From Chrysomallon squamiferum (Eukaryota > Animalia > Mollusca), in assembly GCA_012295275.1 (NCBI GenBank), contig CM022674.1, positions 14,818,001 to 14,882,000 of the forward strand: a stretch of 64,000 bases of DNA. Direction: 5' to 3'. Below the pieces are notes generated by a model. It worked only from the letters and a program-made list of their open reading frames with translations, did not search any database and had not been told where the DNA came from. The translations under genes were made by a program, and so were the position numbers. Shown one piece after another: positions 13,783-39,994 of the stretch (position 1 is its first letter; each line of letters opens with the position of its first letter).

Positions 13783-14897
13783 ATTAATAATTCTCAAATA
13801 AATATTTGACCACCCAGATTAATCATACGGGTGTGTGAGATCAGATTTCAAGTGTTCGAGTCTTGTCAGCGGCGTTTGAGATTTGTATGATCAAACAGAA
13901 ATAGAAAGCAATACACAGAGTTACTACGTTATAAATTTTATCTCTGACCAATGTGTAATGAAATATAGACAGTAACTCATATATTTATTTAATACAGGAT
14001 TAGTTTAGCATTAAACTTTATTCCAGTTTAAAGGATTACATTTTAGAACTGAATAACAAGGAAATTCAAAGGACTACATTACAGCATTAAACAATGAAAT
14101 GCAGGATTTCTCCTACTTTGTCTCAAACGATATGAATGATACTTTTTCTACAAGTTTCAAAAGATGACTGAACAGTTAACATAGATGCATGAACAAATGA
14201 TTCCGTACGCAGACACACATTCATCCACACCAAAAGAACATCTGTACACCGATTAACCGCATTAAATTGTTTTATCCGTAACTAAAGTGTTATAAAATAT
14301 ACATGTATACAGATACTTGTATACACTCAGTCATGCACCCATGTAATATATCATACCAGTGTTTTCTGTGTCAATACGACATAAATCTTTACAAACAAAC
14401 TTGCCTAACCAGTTTCTATTTTAAATCTGTAGCCACTGTTATTAATACATCACAGGTTTGTGTACTCGATCGAAACGAAAGTTAACTTCCTCGTTTAGTG
14501 TGTTTCGTGCCTTAATGGCGTCTACAAATATCTTCTGAGTATTTATAAAATATGTTCTGTTTGGTTTTCGAAAAGTGATAGAATTGTGTTACAGGATTAA
14601 ACTTTTGGTCATTATTCAAATAATAAAATAAAATTATTAAAATATGTTTTGGTTTAAAGGGAAAATTTAAGGATGAACAATATTGTAATTGAAACGATTC
14701 AGTCAGAGGATTAAGTTAATAAGAAGGATGACATAACAGGACTAAAATTTGTTCCTGTCTGAATGATTACATTTTAGGACTGAATAAATGAGAATTCAAA
14801 TGTGTATATAACAATGAAGCGCAAGATTTCTTATGCTTTGTCTCAGATGATACTTTTTCAACAAGTTTCAAGAGAGTACTGAACACTTTAGACAAAG

Positions 14898-17488
<2,591 letters not shown>

Positions 17489-17854
17489 CACGTGCATTTC
17501 CAAGTCATAGAGGAAAATAAATGAAATTATTAAATAAATAAAAATGTATAAAGAACCTCAAGTATCAAACATTGTTTTGCAAACACAACCAGAAATGAGG
17601 AAAACAGAATTAAACATGTTTTACTGTGTTTAACTTTGCATCATCAACCATTAACAGCAAACTTTTGTCTGTTTGGAAACAAAAGTTTGATATTAATTGC
17701 ACTTTTTCTGGATCAAACAACGCAGTTTGATAAGACGATTATAATATTTACTTCCTATCTGGTGTTGCTTAATTTGTAATAAGTAAAATAAAATTGTAGT
17801 AAAGAAACATGTTCTTAAGTATTTTGTTTTTTACGCACACACACATGCAAGTTT

Positions 17855-18782
17855 ACATCAACGCAACAAAGGTTCTAACAACAGTTTCTGGATCAAAGTT
17901 GTATACAAGTCAGTTAAATAATAACATAAATTTTACTATTGTTTATTATTTAAGCGTCGTGGACTACTCTTGATAATTCAGCTGTTTACAGGAAGGTGTA
18001 GCTCATACTTAAACTTATTTTATATAAAAGATGTGTGCAATAACCCATAGACATGTGCTGAGGTATCGTCCAATAGTATTAAACGTTCACTAAATGAAAT
18101 TAGGTTTACATTTATTTTTACAGTTGCCATCGTTGTTGGCGTCCTAATCGCAGTAGTGTTCGTCGACATTGTTGTTGTTGTTCTTATTGTCAACTACAAG
18201 AGGTAATGTATCTTTTCAGAAGTTTTCAGTAGAAGTACTTTTAGAGGTATAAAACTTCGTGACAGTAGTACAGGTTGAGAATCCCTTATCCGCAATGCTT
18301 GGGTCTGAAAGTGTTTCGGATTTTAGAATGTAAGGAATAGAATATGAAAATTGGATTTAAGACTAAATACACGTTCCATTTATATTTCATTTGCTAATTA
18401 TACAAACTCGCTGAACTTTTTTTTATTTATTTATTTTTTATATTTATAAGAATTCAGTAGTAGTGATAGTAATTATTGATATCATACTCTGTTGTTGTCG
18501 TTGTTTTCTTGATTTTTTTTCCCTTTATGTTATTGTATTACTTTTGTTATTACAGAAGGAGAAGAAAAAAACAGCAGGGAGAGACAACACAATGCAACAA
18601 GTGATGTAAACAACAACCAACATCAACAAGGCACTGAAAGGTACGACGTCTATCTACACATATACCAGGCTCACGACAATCAAGACAGCGAACATTTGCG
18701 ACATAACGATGCTTCACGTTACAATTCTTCTTCAAGTTTCGACGATAGCCACGTTTACCTATAAATCAGTGGAACTACGTAG
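17855..18782 (+). pseudogene. R3: relic with a beta-domain fragment, a TM exon and a disrupted T3 tail
   Basis: About 80 bp (17855-17935) matches 15812-15893. TM exon 18124-18202 reads VAIVVGVLIAVVFVDIVVVVLIVNYKR. Tail exon 18556-18782 has a +1 frameshift in the A-run, an internal deletion and a premature TAA (VYL*). Confidence 0.75.
18271..18430 (+). mobile_element. Truncated Tc1/mariner (Tigger4/MER46-like) MITE end
   Basis: TA-CAGGTTGAGAATCCCTTATCCGCAATGCTTGGGTCTGAAAGTGTTTCGGATTT closely resembles the Tigger4/MER46 terminus (recalled from memory). It sits at the same intron position as the element at 38330. Confidence 0.6.
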
Positions 18783-25123
<6,341 letters not shown>

Positions 25124-26317
25124 ATTAAAAAATGAAGATTTTTGAAGATTTTTTCACTGAATAAAGAACTAAATAAAAATAAAAAGGAACTTTCTGGAGA
25201 TTTACAATGAACAAAAAATCCAAAAGAAACCGGAAAAGAAAATAGATTTCTGAAGTTGATGTTCTGGGACATCTTTAAACTGAAGGTTATAAAACAAGAA
25301 AAAGAACAACAACAACAACAGCAACAACAGCAACAACAATAATTAAAACAACAAAATAATTGCTGTCGTGCTTTAAGACAAGTATAAATATAAAGTGCTT
25401 TTGCGTGTACTGGAAATAGAGAAACAATCTTTCGCTTAAAATACTACTACTATTACTACTATTACTACTATTACTACTACTAATAATATTAATAATAATA
25501 ATAAAAATCGAACACCCCACTTTTGCAAACTCATTAATTCTGCCTTTCACTTATGCACATTGGATATTGTAGAAATTGGCATCGAATCTCTGTGCATTAT
25601 ACTATCCAAATAACATATATGTTCAGTCAGTATGTACAGATATGTTTAAATTCTAAATTGTATTATGCCTCTTTTAGAAATAAAATTTTGAATGCAGCAA
25701 CACTCTTTTGTTCTTTTTTTCTTTTCTTTTTTTCTGTTTATTCAAGTTTGTTTCTGTTGTGATCATACAAATGTTAAATGTCGCTGAAAAGACTCGAACG
25801 CGTGACCTAATCGCCCACATAATGGGGATGACTAAAGGGACACATATCTTGCGTGTGTTTATTATGTTTGCTTAACAACCTTTAAAGTATCTGTATGTCT
25901 GATTCACGAAGGCAAGTAACTAAGTAAATATGGGTGTCTGCCTTTGTGTGCGTGTCGGTACCTCTGTATGCGTATAGTTATATATCTACATATATATACG
26001 TGTATGTGCGTATACAGGAGCATGAATGTATGTGTGTATGAATATTTTTGTATATATGTATGTATAGATATATACGTATATATGTATTATGTATGTATGT
26101 ATGGATGGATGTTTGTACATCTATATACACATTCATGTATGTAAGTATATATACGTATATGTATATATGTGTTTATGTATTATGTATGTATGTATCTATT
26201 TACTGTTCAATGTATGTTTCTATACATACATACATATCTATGTATGTACGTATGAGCATTCATTATCTACTTATTTATTTACTTTTATGTCTTCAATCAG
26301 AAATACACATACTGTAC

Positions 26318-26379
<62 letters not shown>

Positions 26380-27386
26380 TTAATAATTCTCAAATAAATA
26401 TCTGACCACCCAGATTAATCACACGGGTGTGTGAGGTCAGATTTCAAGTGTTCGAGTCTTGTCAGCGGCGTTTGAGATTTGTATGATCAAACAGAAATAA
26501 AGAGCAATACACAGATTTCCTACGTTATAAATTTTATCTCTGACCAATGTGTAATGAAATATACACAGTAACTCATATATTTATTTAATACAGGATTAGT
26601 TTAGGATTAAACTTGGTTCCAGTTTAAAGGATTACATTTTAGAACTGAATAACAAGGAAATTGAAAGGACTACACTACAGGATTAAACAATGAAATGCAA
26701 GATTTCTCCTGCTTTGTCTCAAACGATATGAATGACATCAAAAGAACATCTGTGCACCGATTAACTGCATTAAATCATTTAATCCGTAACTAAAGTGTTA
26801 TAAAATGTATACAGATACTTGTACACTCACTTATGCACCCATGTAATATATGATACCATCTGTTGTGGATAGTCAAATTTAACAGTGTTTTCTGTGTCAA
26901 TACGACATGAGTCTTTACAAACACACTTGCCTAACCAGTTTGTATTTTAAATCTATAGACACTGTTATTAATACACCACAGATTTGTGTACTCGATAGAA
27001 ACGAAACAGTTAACTTCGTCGTTCAGTGTTTTTCGTGCCTTAATAGCGTTTACAAATATTTTATGAGTATATATATATTGATATCCTAATTGATAAGTCC
27101 AAGCTTAATCGTTTTTGTTGAGAAAATAAAGTTAATATAATGATGCCGTAATAATCACAAGATAAGTTTTTTGGTTACTCGGATATTATATTACCTATTT
27201 AAAGACTTACATGTTGTTAGTAATATGCCAGCTTAGTTATCTAATACAAATGTGTCAACTATGTTTTACTTTTTAAAATAGATACTGTAAACAGTGATTA
27301 GTTGAAACACGTATCAATGAACATTTCTTGTTCAGCTAACTAAACCAAGGGTGATTACTACTACTACTACTACTGCTACTACAACA

Positions 27387-27421
<35 letters not shown>

Positions 27422-27613
27422 CACTACTATTACTCCTACTACTATTATTATTAGTATTATTATTATTATTTACGCTCTATTAAACCAAGGACAGGAAGTC
27501 TTCCTTGTTAAACTTACCATAGGAACAACTACAAAAATGAAAGTACATTTTATAGTGTGTGAAATCTGATATAGCATTACAAAAACAAAATAAAATAAAA
27601 TAAAATAAATAAA

Positions 27614-27666
<53 letters not shown>

Positions 27667-27969
27667 TTACTAATAATAATAATAGTAATAAAGAACCTGT
27701 CTATACTAGATCTATTTTTACTTTGTGAATACCCGGGTTATTCTACCCGAGATGTATTGCTCTTTTACCATTTACGTGTATTCCGGTAGCTAAGGCTGAC
27801 TTAACAAAAAATAAACTAGATTTTTTTTTTTTTTTTTTATTGTAATGATGTCTTAGTTATTTTCGTTACTTAGTCTAATAAGGAAAAACACGGTGATATT
27901 TAGTGTACGTGGTGGAAATGTGTAACGATATGTTTTCGTTATTTTAAACACAAAGACGGCGGAATTAAA

Positions 27970-31696
<3,727 letters not shown>

Positions 31697-32299
31697 ACGT
31701 CTTTGACCTGTATAACCATCATAACGTCAGTGATAAACACAAATTATATTTAATAACCTAGTAAAGCTGTTTTTGCATGTTAATGTTATTTCCTCTACTT
31801 TGTTTATACTGTACATTTCCTACGAATGTTTTCCTGAAGTTTCTAGTGTAAAGAGTAATTCTGATGTTGTTTGAATTTATAATTATATCTCTGAAAGAAA
31901 CGCCGTTTGATGTTTCTTTTTGACCATGAATAACATCTTTCTAATTTTCTGACACAGAAACCAATAACTAAAGTCCAGTGATTATTACGTAATTATGATT
32001 ATTACTGAGGTGAACGTAATTCTGTGTACGACGCCAGTCGCTAATGTCAACATTATCGTAAAATATAAAACATTTCTCTGACGTCACAGTTAAAATAAAT
32101 ATTGAAAATGAAAGATGTGTTTATTTATTACTAGATATCAAATAATGTTTGATTTATCTCTCTTTAATTTGTTATTTCTTTCTTTGTTACTTTAAAATGT
32201 ATCTTTCTCTATCTGTGTGTGCATACATACATATACATATATGTACAGATACACACATATACGCACACATACAAATAGACAGATATCTTGATATCCTAA

Positions 32300-33420
32300 T
32301 TTTCAGGAAATTGGCATCGGTATTGATGGCATTTGTCACACTTCCCATCGAGAGACTGAGAAATTACTCTCTGTCACATGTCACGCACAGACGCGCTGTG
32401 ATGCTCTGTTACTGATGGTGGAAATTAAAATTCTGAGCCAATTATCAACAACTTCCATTCGATCAGGAAGAGTCCAGTGTGAAGATATAAACGTAATATA
32501 GACATACATACACACTACTGTTAATAATAAGTTGCTGACAAACTGCCAAGAAAGGAAGCTGGTTTAAGAGTCCGGGAGACGCAGGTTAGTTGATTCGTTG
32601 TTGATCACAATCCAGTACGAATAGGTGGTCACGAACAGTGTAAATGGAGGCTAAAGGATTTAGGCATATTTATTGGGGTTGGCCGATTTGGAGCAGTCAA
32701 ACTTTTTGGCACTGTGCACTAGAAACAGAAGTTGGTCAGGTGTATCAACAAACTTCACTAGGAGCCTTAGTTGATAACACGTGATGAGTTAGTTGATAAA
32801 TCAGTTCTCATGCCTGTTTCTGTTGCTTGCTTAAGCAGAAACATGCTGTTTTTAAAAATACATATAAAACAATAATCTGTTGTCAATTGTCATTTATCTA
32901 TTAGGGCTAATTGTATCAATGATAATACATGACTGAAATGGAGCATAACGCTGTTGTGCATGATAAAATGGAGCAAAACTTGAGAAACAGATCCAAAACT
33001 GGCCAGCTCTTATTTGTATTGTGTTAAGGAAACTATGGAAACCTTGAACCATTTAATTCTGTTCTTGAGTTAATGGATGTTCACTGTGCTTCGAGTTGCA
33101 TTTGTCCAGTTTATGTTTGAAGTTTAGCTGATTTAAGAGTCATGGTGAAATCATAACTGGTATCGACTTTTGCAGCTTCAGTAAAAATGTTCTCCAGAAT
33201 AAATAAAGTTGTCTGATCGTCATTTTGAACAAAAACAGTCCTTTCATCACACAGCCTCAAAGTTTTCTCAAAGAAAATACCCACGTATTCATCATGAAAC
33301 ATCGCATCAACCCGATCAGTATGAGGCACAAAACGTGATTTACCAGAAATCTTGGCACCAACGTGCTCAATGTCATCAGTCAACGATTCAGAAAAGAGTC
33401 ACATCTGTTAGACTAAGTCC
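32300..33420 (-). pseudogene. Decayed LRR-like coding relic (copy 2)
   Basis: Paralogous to 19381-20610; includes the 90-aa ORF 33111-33383 ending TLKSAKLQT, plus SMGSVTNAINTDANFLK. Confidence 0.33.
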
Positions 33421-33721
33421 TGCTTAATCGTTTTTGTTGAGAAAAAAAAGAGTTAATATAATGATGACCGGCTATCAGAGAGGAGTAATAATCACGAGAT
33501 AAGCTTTTTGCTTACTCTGATATTATATTACCTATTTAAAGATTTACAAACTGTTATTAATATGCCAGCTTAGTTATCTAATACCAAAGTGTCAGCTATA
33601 TTTTACTTTTTAAAATAGATACTGTGAACAGAGTTTTGTTGAAACACGTATCAGTGAACATTTCTTGGTCAGCTAACAAAACCAATGGTCATTACTACTA
33701 CTACTACTACTATCATTATTA

Positions 33722-33775
<54 letters not shown>

Positions 33776-33914
33776 GTTACGCTCTACTAAACCAAGGAGA
33801 GGAAGTCTTCCTTATTAAACTTGTCACAATAACAACTGCAGAAATAAAAGTAATTTTACATTGTGTGAAATCTGATATAGCATTAGAAAAATAAAATAAA
33901 ATAAAATAAAATAA

Positions 33915-33980
<66 letters not shown>

Positions 33981-34324
33981 CATGATTCTACTACTACTAC
34001 TAATAATAATAGTAATAAGAACCTGTCTGTACTGGTTCTATTTTTATATTGTGAATACCCGGGTTATTCTACCCGAGACGAATTGCTCTTTTACTATTTA
34101 CGTGTATTCATGTGTAACCCGGTAGCTTAAATCCGACTGAACAAAAATGAAGCGTAATTTAGTTTATTTTCTATTGTGATATTTGTTAGTTCTTTTCCTT
34201 AGATAGTCTAATAAGGAAAAACACGATGTTGTTTAGTGAACGACATCGCTGACGTTGTGGTTGCTGGTGGAAATGTGTAAGGATATATTTTTGTTATTTT
34301 AAGCAGAAAGACGGCGGAATTAAA

Positions 34325-34520
34325 ATGTTTTGGAAACTGGTGACAGTGTGTGTTATGTTCACAGGAAGTGACGTACAAGGTAGGTAAACTGATATTAATA
34401 TGTTGGTGTTTCGAAGAATGAACGTTTTTACATATTATTAAAAGAGAGAGGGATACATAGAGAAAGATAGACAGAGAGAGAGAGATGGGTAAGAGAGAGA
34501 GAGAGTGTGAGTGAGTGAGT

Positions 34521-34585
<65 letters not shown>

Positions 34586-36725
34586 TGAATACAAAACATG
34601 TAGAGCAAAAGAGGAGAAAAATGAAAGAATGAAAAAGGAAAGAAGTACAATAATAGTTTCTTAGAGAGAGACAGATAAACATAAGATGCAGAGAGAAACA
34701 GAGAGGGAGCGAGTGATTATTCTATTAATTTACTCAAAAATAAGAAGATAGAAAAATGTACGAAAACAATTCGCTTGAGAAAATGTTTGTAGTTTCCATA
34801 GAGAAAAAATCAACCTCTCGTTTTCAAGCATTCATGTACGTATGTTCGTATTTATAATTATAACACTTGATGCAAATAATTTGTAAGGTGGAATCTGCGC
34901 TGCCAGACAGATGAACAAAGAGCAAAACAGTGATTCTTAAAACGTGAACAAATGACAATGATTAAACAGTGTCTTTACTATATCACGTTAGAATTATTCT
35001 ATTACTGTTTTTAGATTTTGTTGATTTCTATTACAGCTATTAAGGCTTGTAAAAAGGAATGGACTGCAAATTATCCAGGTACGTGACAAAAATAATATTT
35101 AATTCAGTTAAATATCTGATTATAAAACGTCTTAAGTTTCCGAAGAACTATAATCATAACTATAATTATAATTTTTATTTTTGTTATTAGTAGTATTAGC
35201 CGTATTATTAGTAGTAAGACGGGTAGTGGTAGTCACAGTAGTAGTAGTTGTTGTTCTTAAGGTAAAGATGAGTAGTAGTGGCAGTAATAGTAATAGTAGT
35301 AGAAATGGCGGTTGTTGTGATAGCAGAGACTCTAATGATAATGTTTTGAAGACTTGTTTTTTTTTTTTTTTTGAATGAATAGGATTAGTTTTTTATGTAT
35401 TTATATATATGTGGACAAATGATTTAAACTTTTTTGTTTTCAGTAATAGACATGTGTAATGATGGAGTTATCAGTGGAAATGAAACAGTTTATCTTGATG
35501 CCTTTGTACCAGCCAAATCAACAACAAATTGTATCTGTTCTGTTACTAGAATAGCAGAACATGCAATAACATTTAACTGGGACATAATACCTGACAAAAA
35601 CTGTGGTTCAATGTTATTTTTTAATCATGAAAATCCGGTAAATTTTACCTGCAAAACAACAAATGAGGTAAGACCAGCATATAATAGATACGTGGACAGT
35701 ACAGGATTTAATATCAGTCTAGAAACATCTAATCCAAGCTTCAATATCAATTACTGTGTTGCATTCTATAACACAGAAAACTCAGGTAATAATTCTGGTA
35801 ATAATATTAAGTAATGGTGGTAACAGTAGTAATAAGTGTTGATTTTGTTGTTACTGTTTCAGTTTCTGTTCTTATTATAACAGAAGCATTTATATAAGCA
35901 GGTATGCTACAGTGATAACAATAGTAGTAATACAAATAAGTTGGTACTAGTTTACGAGAAGTAGTAGCTGTAAGAGAAGAGTAATGGAATATTAGAAATA
36001 TCAAATCTCAACTTCAATCTCAGTTATTGTGCTGATAGCATTTTTGTACTTGTTGCTGTTATTGTTGTTGTTGTTGTTGCTGCTGTTGTTGTTAATTGTA
36101 TTAGTGTTTTTTCCTTTTTTCTCTTATTTTTTTGTGGGGGAGGTATGTTATTGTTGTTTTATCTAATTAAGCACTTCTATTACGACTACTACTGCTGCTA
36201 CTACTAACAATAGTGGTAGCAGTAATGATAGTGGGATGATAACAGCAGCAGTAAAAGTAGTGGTGATAAAATTGTCATAGTACTAGTAGTAATTAAAATT
36301 AAAAATAGTATTAATAGTGTAATAATTTCAATAGCTGCAATAATAATAACATACTAGCAATATTAAAGCAGCAGACACATCAGTAGTATTGGAGATAGCA
36401 GTAGTACCAGTAGGAATAGTAGCAGTAGTAGTATTAATAAAGACATAGAAGTAGTAGTAGTAATATTGGTAGTCATGGTAATAGTAGTAGTAGTGGCATT
36501 GTCAGTAGCAGTAGCAGTGCTATTAGAAATGTCAGTAATAGAAGTAGTAGTAGTAGTGGTGGTAGCCCAAGTAATGATTGCTGCAGATGTATTGGTAGCA
36601 GTAGGAGTAGTAACAGAAGTTATACTATTTATTAAACGTGCACTAATAATAATATTAGTAATAATAGTAGTAGTTGCACTATTATTAGCAATAATGATGG
36701 TGTTGATGATGACGACGATGATGAT

Positions 36726-36760
<35 letters not shown>

Positions 36761-38713
36761 CAACAATAATAATACTAGTACTACTACTACTAATAATAAT
36801 ACTACAAATTTATTAGGATTCTTCTTATTAACAGTCATGTAGTATTAATTGTAGGGCTACATTTAGTGATTTATAGTAGTAGTACTGGTTTGTGTTCTTG
36901 TGACTGTAATAGGAATAGCAGTTGTAATAGTAGTAATAGCATTAGCAGCAGAAGTAATAGCAGTAGTTGTAGTAGCTGAGGTAGTAGTAGTAATAGACGT
37001 AGTAGTAGTATCAACGGCTGATGTAGTAGTAATAGAGGTAGTAGTATTTATAGTAATAATAGTAGTAGCAGTATTAGTAGCTATGGTAGCAGCAACAGCA
37101 GTAGTAGTAGTAATAATATTAGTAGCACTAGTAATTTTAGGTAGTAACACTAGTAGTATTAGTCGTGGTAATAGTGGTGGTGATGGTAGTAGTAGTAGTA
37201 GTAGAAGTAGTAGTAGTGATGGTGGTGCTAGTGATATTATAATTAATAACTATAACGTTTAATGCATTCAGGAAGTATCAGAATCCAGTGCTATTCATCA
37301 AACAAGAACACAGCCATAGATTCATCTACGTCATCAACAACGTCTAGCATATTTCGTAGAACATCATCAACATTATCACCTGAAGCAACTAGCCAAGACT
37401 CAACAGTGAAAATAGAAACTTTGAAGCAGACATCAGATAAAAAACCACTACCAGGTTGTTACATTTTATTCTTTTCACAAATCTTTTCTCTGTTAGTGTG
37501 GGTTAGAGTGCTGGTTTTTGACTGATAGTCCATACTTATTTCATATCTGTTATGGTAACAAGTAGTTTATCATAGATCAACGTATGTTCTGTTTGTGGGG
37601 AGATGCATATAAAATGAAATCCTTTCCTGTTATTTGTAGCAGCTTTCTACACGACTGACATTAGCTGCTCTACTTAGTAACTTCAATATTAATGTTATTA
37701 TTGTTGTTTTTTAAACAGAAAATATTACAATTTTGTTTTTCATCCCTTGCTGCTGTTGTTACTACTGTTGATGTTCTTGTTATTGTTATTGTTGTTGATG
37801 CTGATTTTATCACAATTATTATTATTATTATTATTATTAGTAGTAGTAGTAGTAGTAGTAGTTATAATTGTAGTAGAAGAAGTAGTAGTAGTAGTAGTAG
37901 TAATAGTCGTATAAGAACTAATTATAATAAACATATTGTTTTGTACTTAGTTGCGGCTATTGGAGAGTCTGCAACTGGTGGTGTCGTGGATTCACATTCA
38001 ATTATTTCCCGTTCCGAGCTGTTTATGGGAAGGTGTAGCTCTTCCGTAATTTTTGTTTTCCTTTCTTAAAACCTCTTTATACAAACGCTGTGCAATAACC
38101 GATAACGTAGAAATGTGTTGATATATTGTTAAATACTCATGAAATTTTCACTAATTGGAATTGCATTTTCGTTTATGTTTACAGTTGCCATCATTGTTGG
38201 CGTCCTAATCGCAGTACTGTTTGTTGGCGTTCTTGTTGTTGTTCTTACTGTCATCCGCAACAGGTAATGTATTTTCACAGTTGTACAGTAGAAGTAGTTG
38301 TAGAGGTAGTAACATTCATTAAAGTAGTACCAATTGAGAATCCTTTATCCTTGGCAGCGAACATATTGTGTATTTCTGAATTTTTCAGATTTTTGTATAA
38401 TTAAATAGCCTAAGTGTGCGATCTAAGACTAAATACGAGTTAAATTCATATTTTATTTAAAGCTTAACACATAGTGTGCATCCTTTTTTAATTTTTTTTA
38501 ATTTTGTTTTTTTCATATAACATTCTAGTAATTTTTTGCACAAAATATATTTATTATAAAAACTATACGAAAATAAAATATGTCGTTATATATTGTATTC
38601 GGAAATGTTTCAGATCTCGGAATTTTGGATAAGGTGTTCTGACCCTGTAGTAGTAGTTGTTTTATAATAGTAGTAGTAGCAATAGTAAAAAGCAGTAATA
38701 GTAGTAGCAGTAA

Positions 38714-38751
<38 letters not shown>

Positions 38752-39279
38752 ATAGCAGTAGTAGTAGTAATAGCAGTAGTAGCAGCAGCAGTTGTTGTTG
38801 TTGTTATAGTGGTGATATTTTTAGTACCATCAGTAGTAGTAATATTACTGACTACTACTACTAGTATTATTGTTGTTATTCCTTCTCTTGTGTTTTTCCC
38901 TTTATATTATTGTTGTTGTTGTTGCTGTTGTTGTTATTGCAGAAGGAGAAGAAAACTCAAAAATAGAGAATCCAATTCAACAAATGACGTGAACAACGAT
39001 CTACATCAACAAGGCACAGGACGTCAGCTTGATTCAGAACAAAACGTCACTTCTAACATCAGCAACGACAACTATGAACATTTACAACATGACGCTATAC
39101 AGTACGTGAACACACCCCAAAGTGACAGAGAGGGTAACGTCTATCTACACATACAGCAGCCTCACGACAACCAAGACAGCAACTACGAACATTTGCAACA
39201 TGACGACACCTCGCGTTACAACTCACATTCAAGAGTCGACGATAGCCACGTTTACCTACGCATCAGTGGGCCTACGTAG
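34325..39279 (+). CDS. R6: intact chimeric receptor (~345 aa), alpha ectodomain and R1/R4-type stalk with R3-type TM and T3 tail
   Basis: Exons: 34325-34379, 35037-35078, 35444-35785, 37272-37454, 38185-38263 (VAIIVGVLIAVLFVGVLVVVLTVIRNR) and 38943-39279 (..NYEHLQHDAIQYVNT..NVYLHI..SNYEHL..RYNSH..HVYLRISGPT). These sum to 1038 nt, open. The model requires skipping the broken TM exon at 37951. Confidence 0.8.
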
Positions 39280-39945
39280 ACGTCTTTGACCTGTATAACC
39301 ATCATGACGTCAGTTATAAACACACAATATAAATAAAAATCTAGTAAAGATGTTTTCTCTATGTTATTATTAGATATTAATGTTATTTCCTCTACTTGGT
39401 TTATATTGTACATTTCGTACGGAGATTTTGCTGTTATTTCTAGTGTAAGAAATAATAATGATGCTGACAAAGAAAGGTTCTCTTTAGTCTATAATTACAT
39501 CTCCTAAAGAAACGCAGCTTTATATTTCGTATGACTATTATTAATATGTTTCTCACATGTTTCTGAGACAGAAACCGCTAACTTACATCCAGTGATTATG
39601 ACGTAATTATGATTATTTCCAAGGTGAACGTAATTCTGTGTACGAGATCAGTCGCTAATGTCACCAGTAACGTATAACATAAAACATTTCTGTGACATCA
39701 CAGTTAAAATGAACATTGTAAATGAAAGCTGTGTTTATTTATTTTTAGATATTAAATTATTTTTGTTTAATCTTTGTTATTTCTTTTTTTTTGTTACTTT
39801 AAAAGTATTCTTTCTGTAAATATAACTACACTCACATATATACTTACACACATACATACAACAACAACAATTACTACTACTGCTACTACTACTACTACTA
39901 CTAATAATAACAATGATAATAATAATAATAATAATTCTATTATTA

Positions 39946-39994
<49 letters not shown>

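Larger units (their letters stand above)
10545..14550 (+). repeat. Segmental duplication, paralogous to ~23260-27075
   Basis: Intron, stalk, TM and tail exons, 3' UTR and downstream flank are collinear and highly similar between R1 and R4. Confidence 0.9.

Noticed and set aside
36466-37262. Long hydrophobic Val/Ile/Ala ORFs resembling membrane proteins (also poly-SL, poly-RE, poly-I and poly-N ORFs elsewhere)
   Set aside because: These are translations of degenerate (TAG/CAG/AAT)n and (AG)n intron microsatellites, with no conserved splice context.
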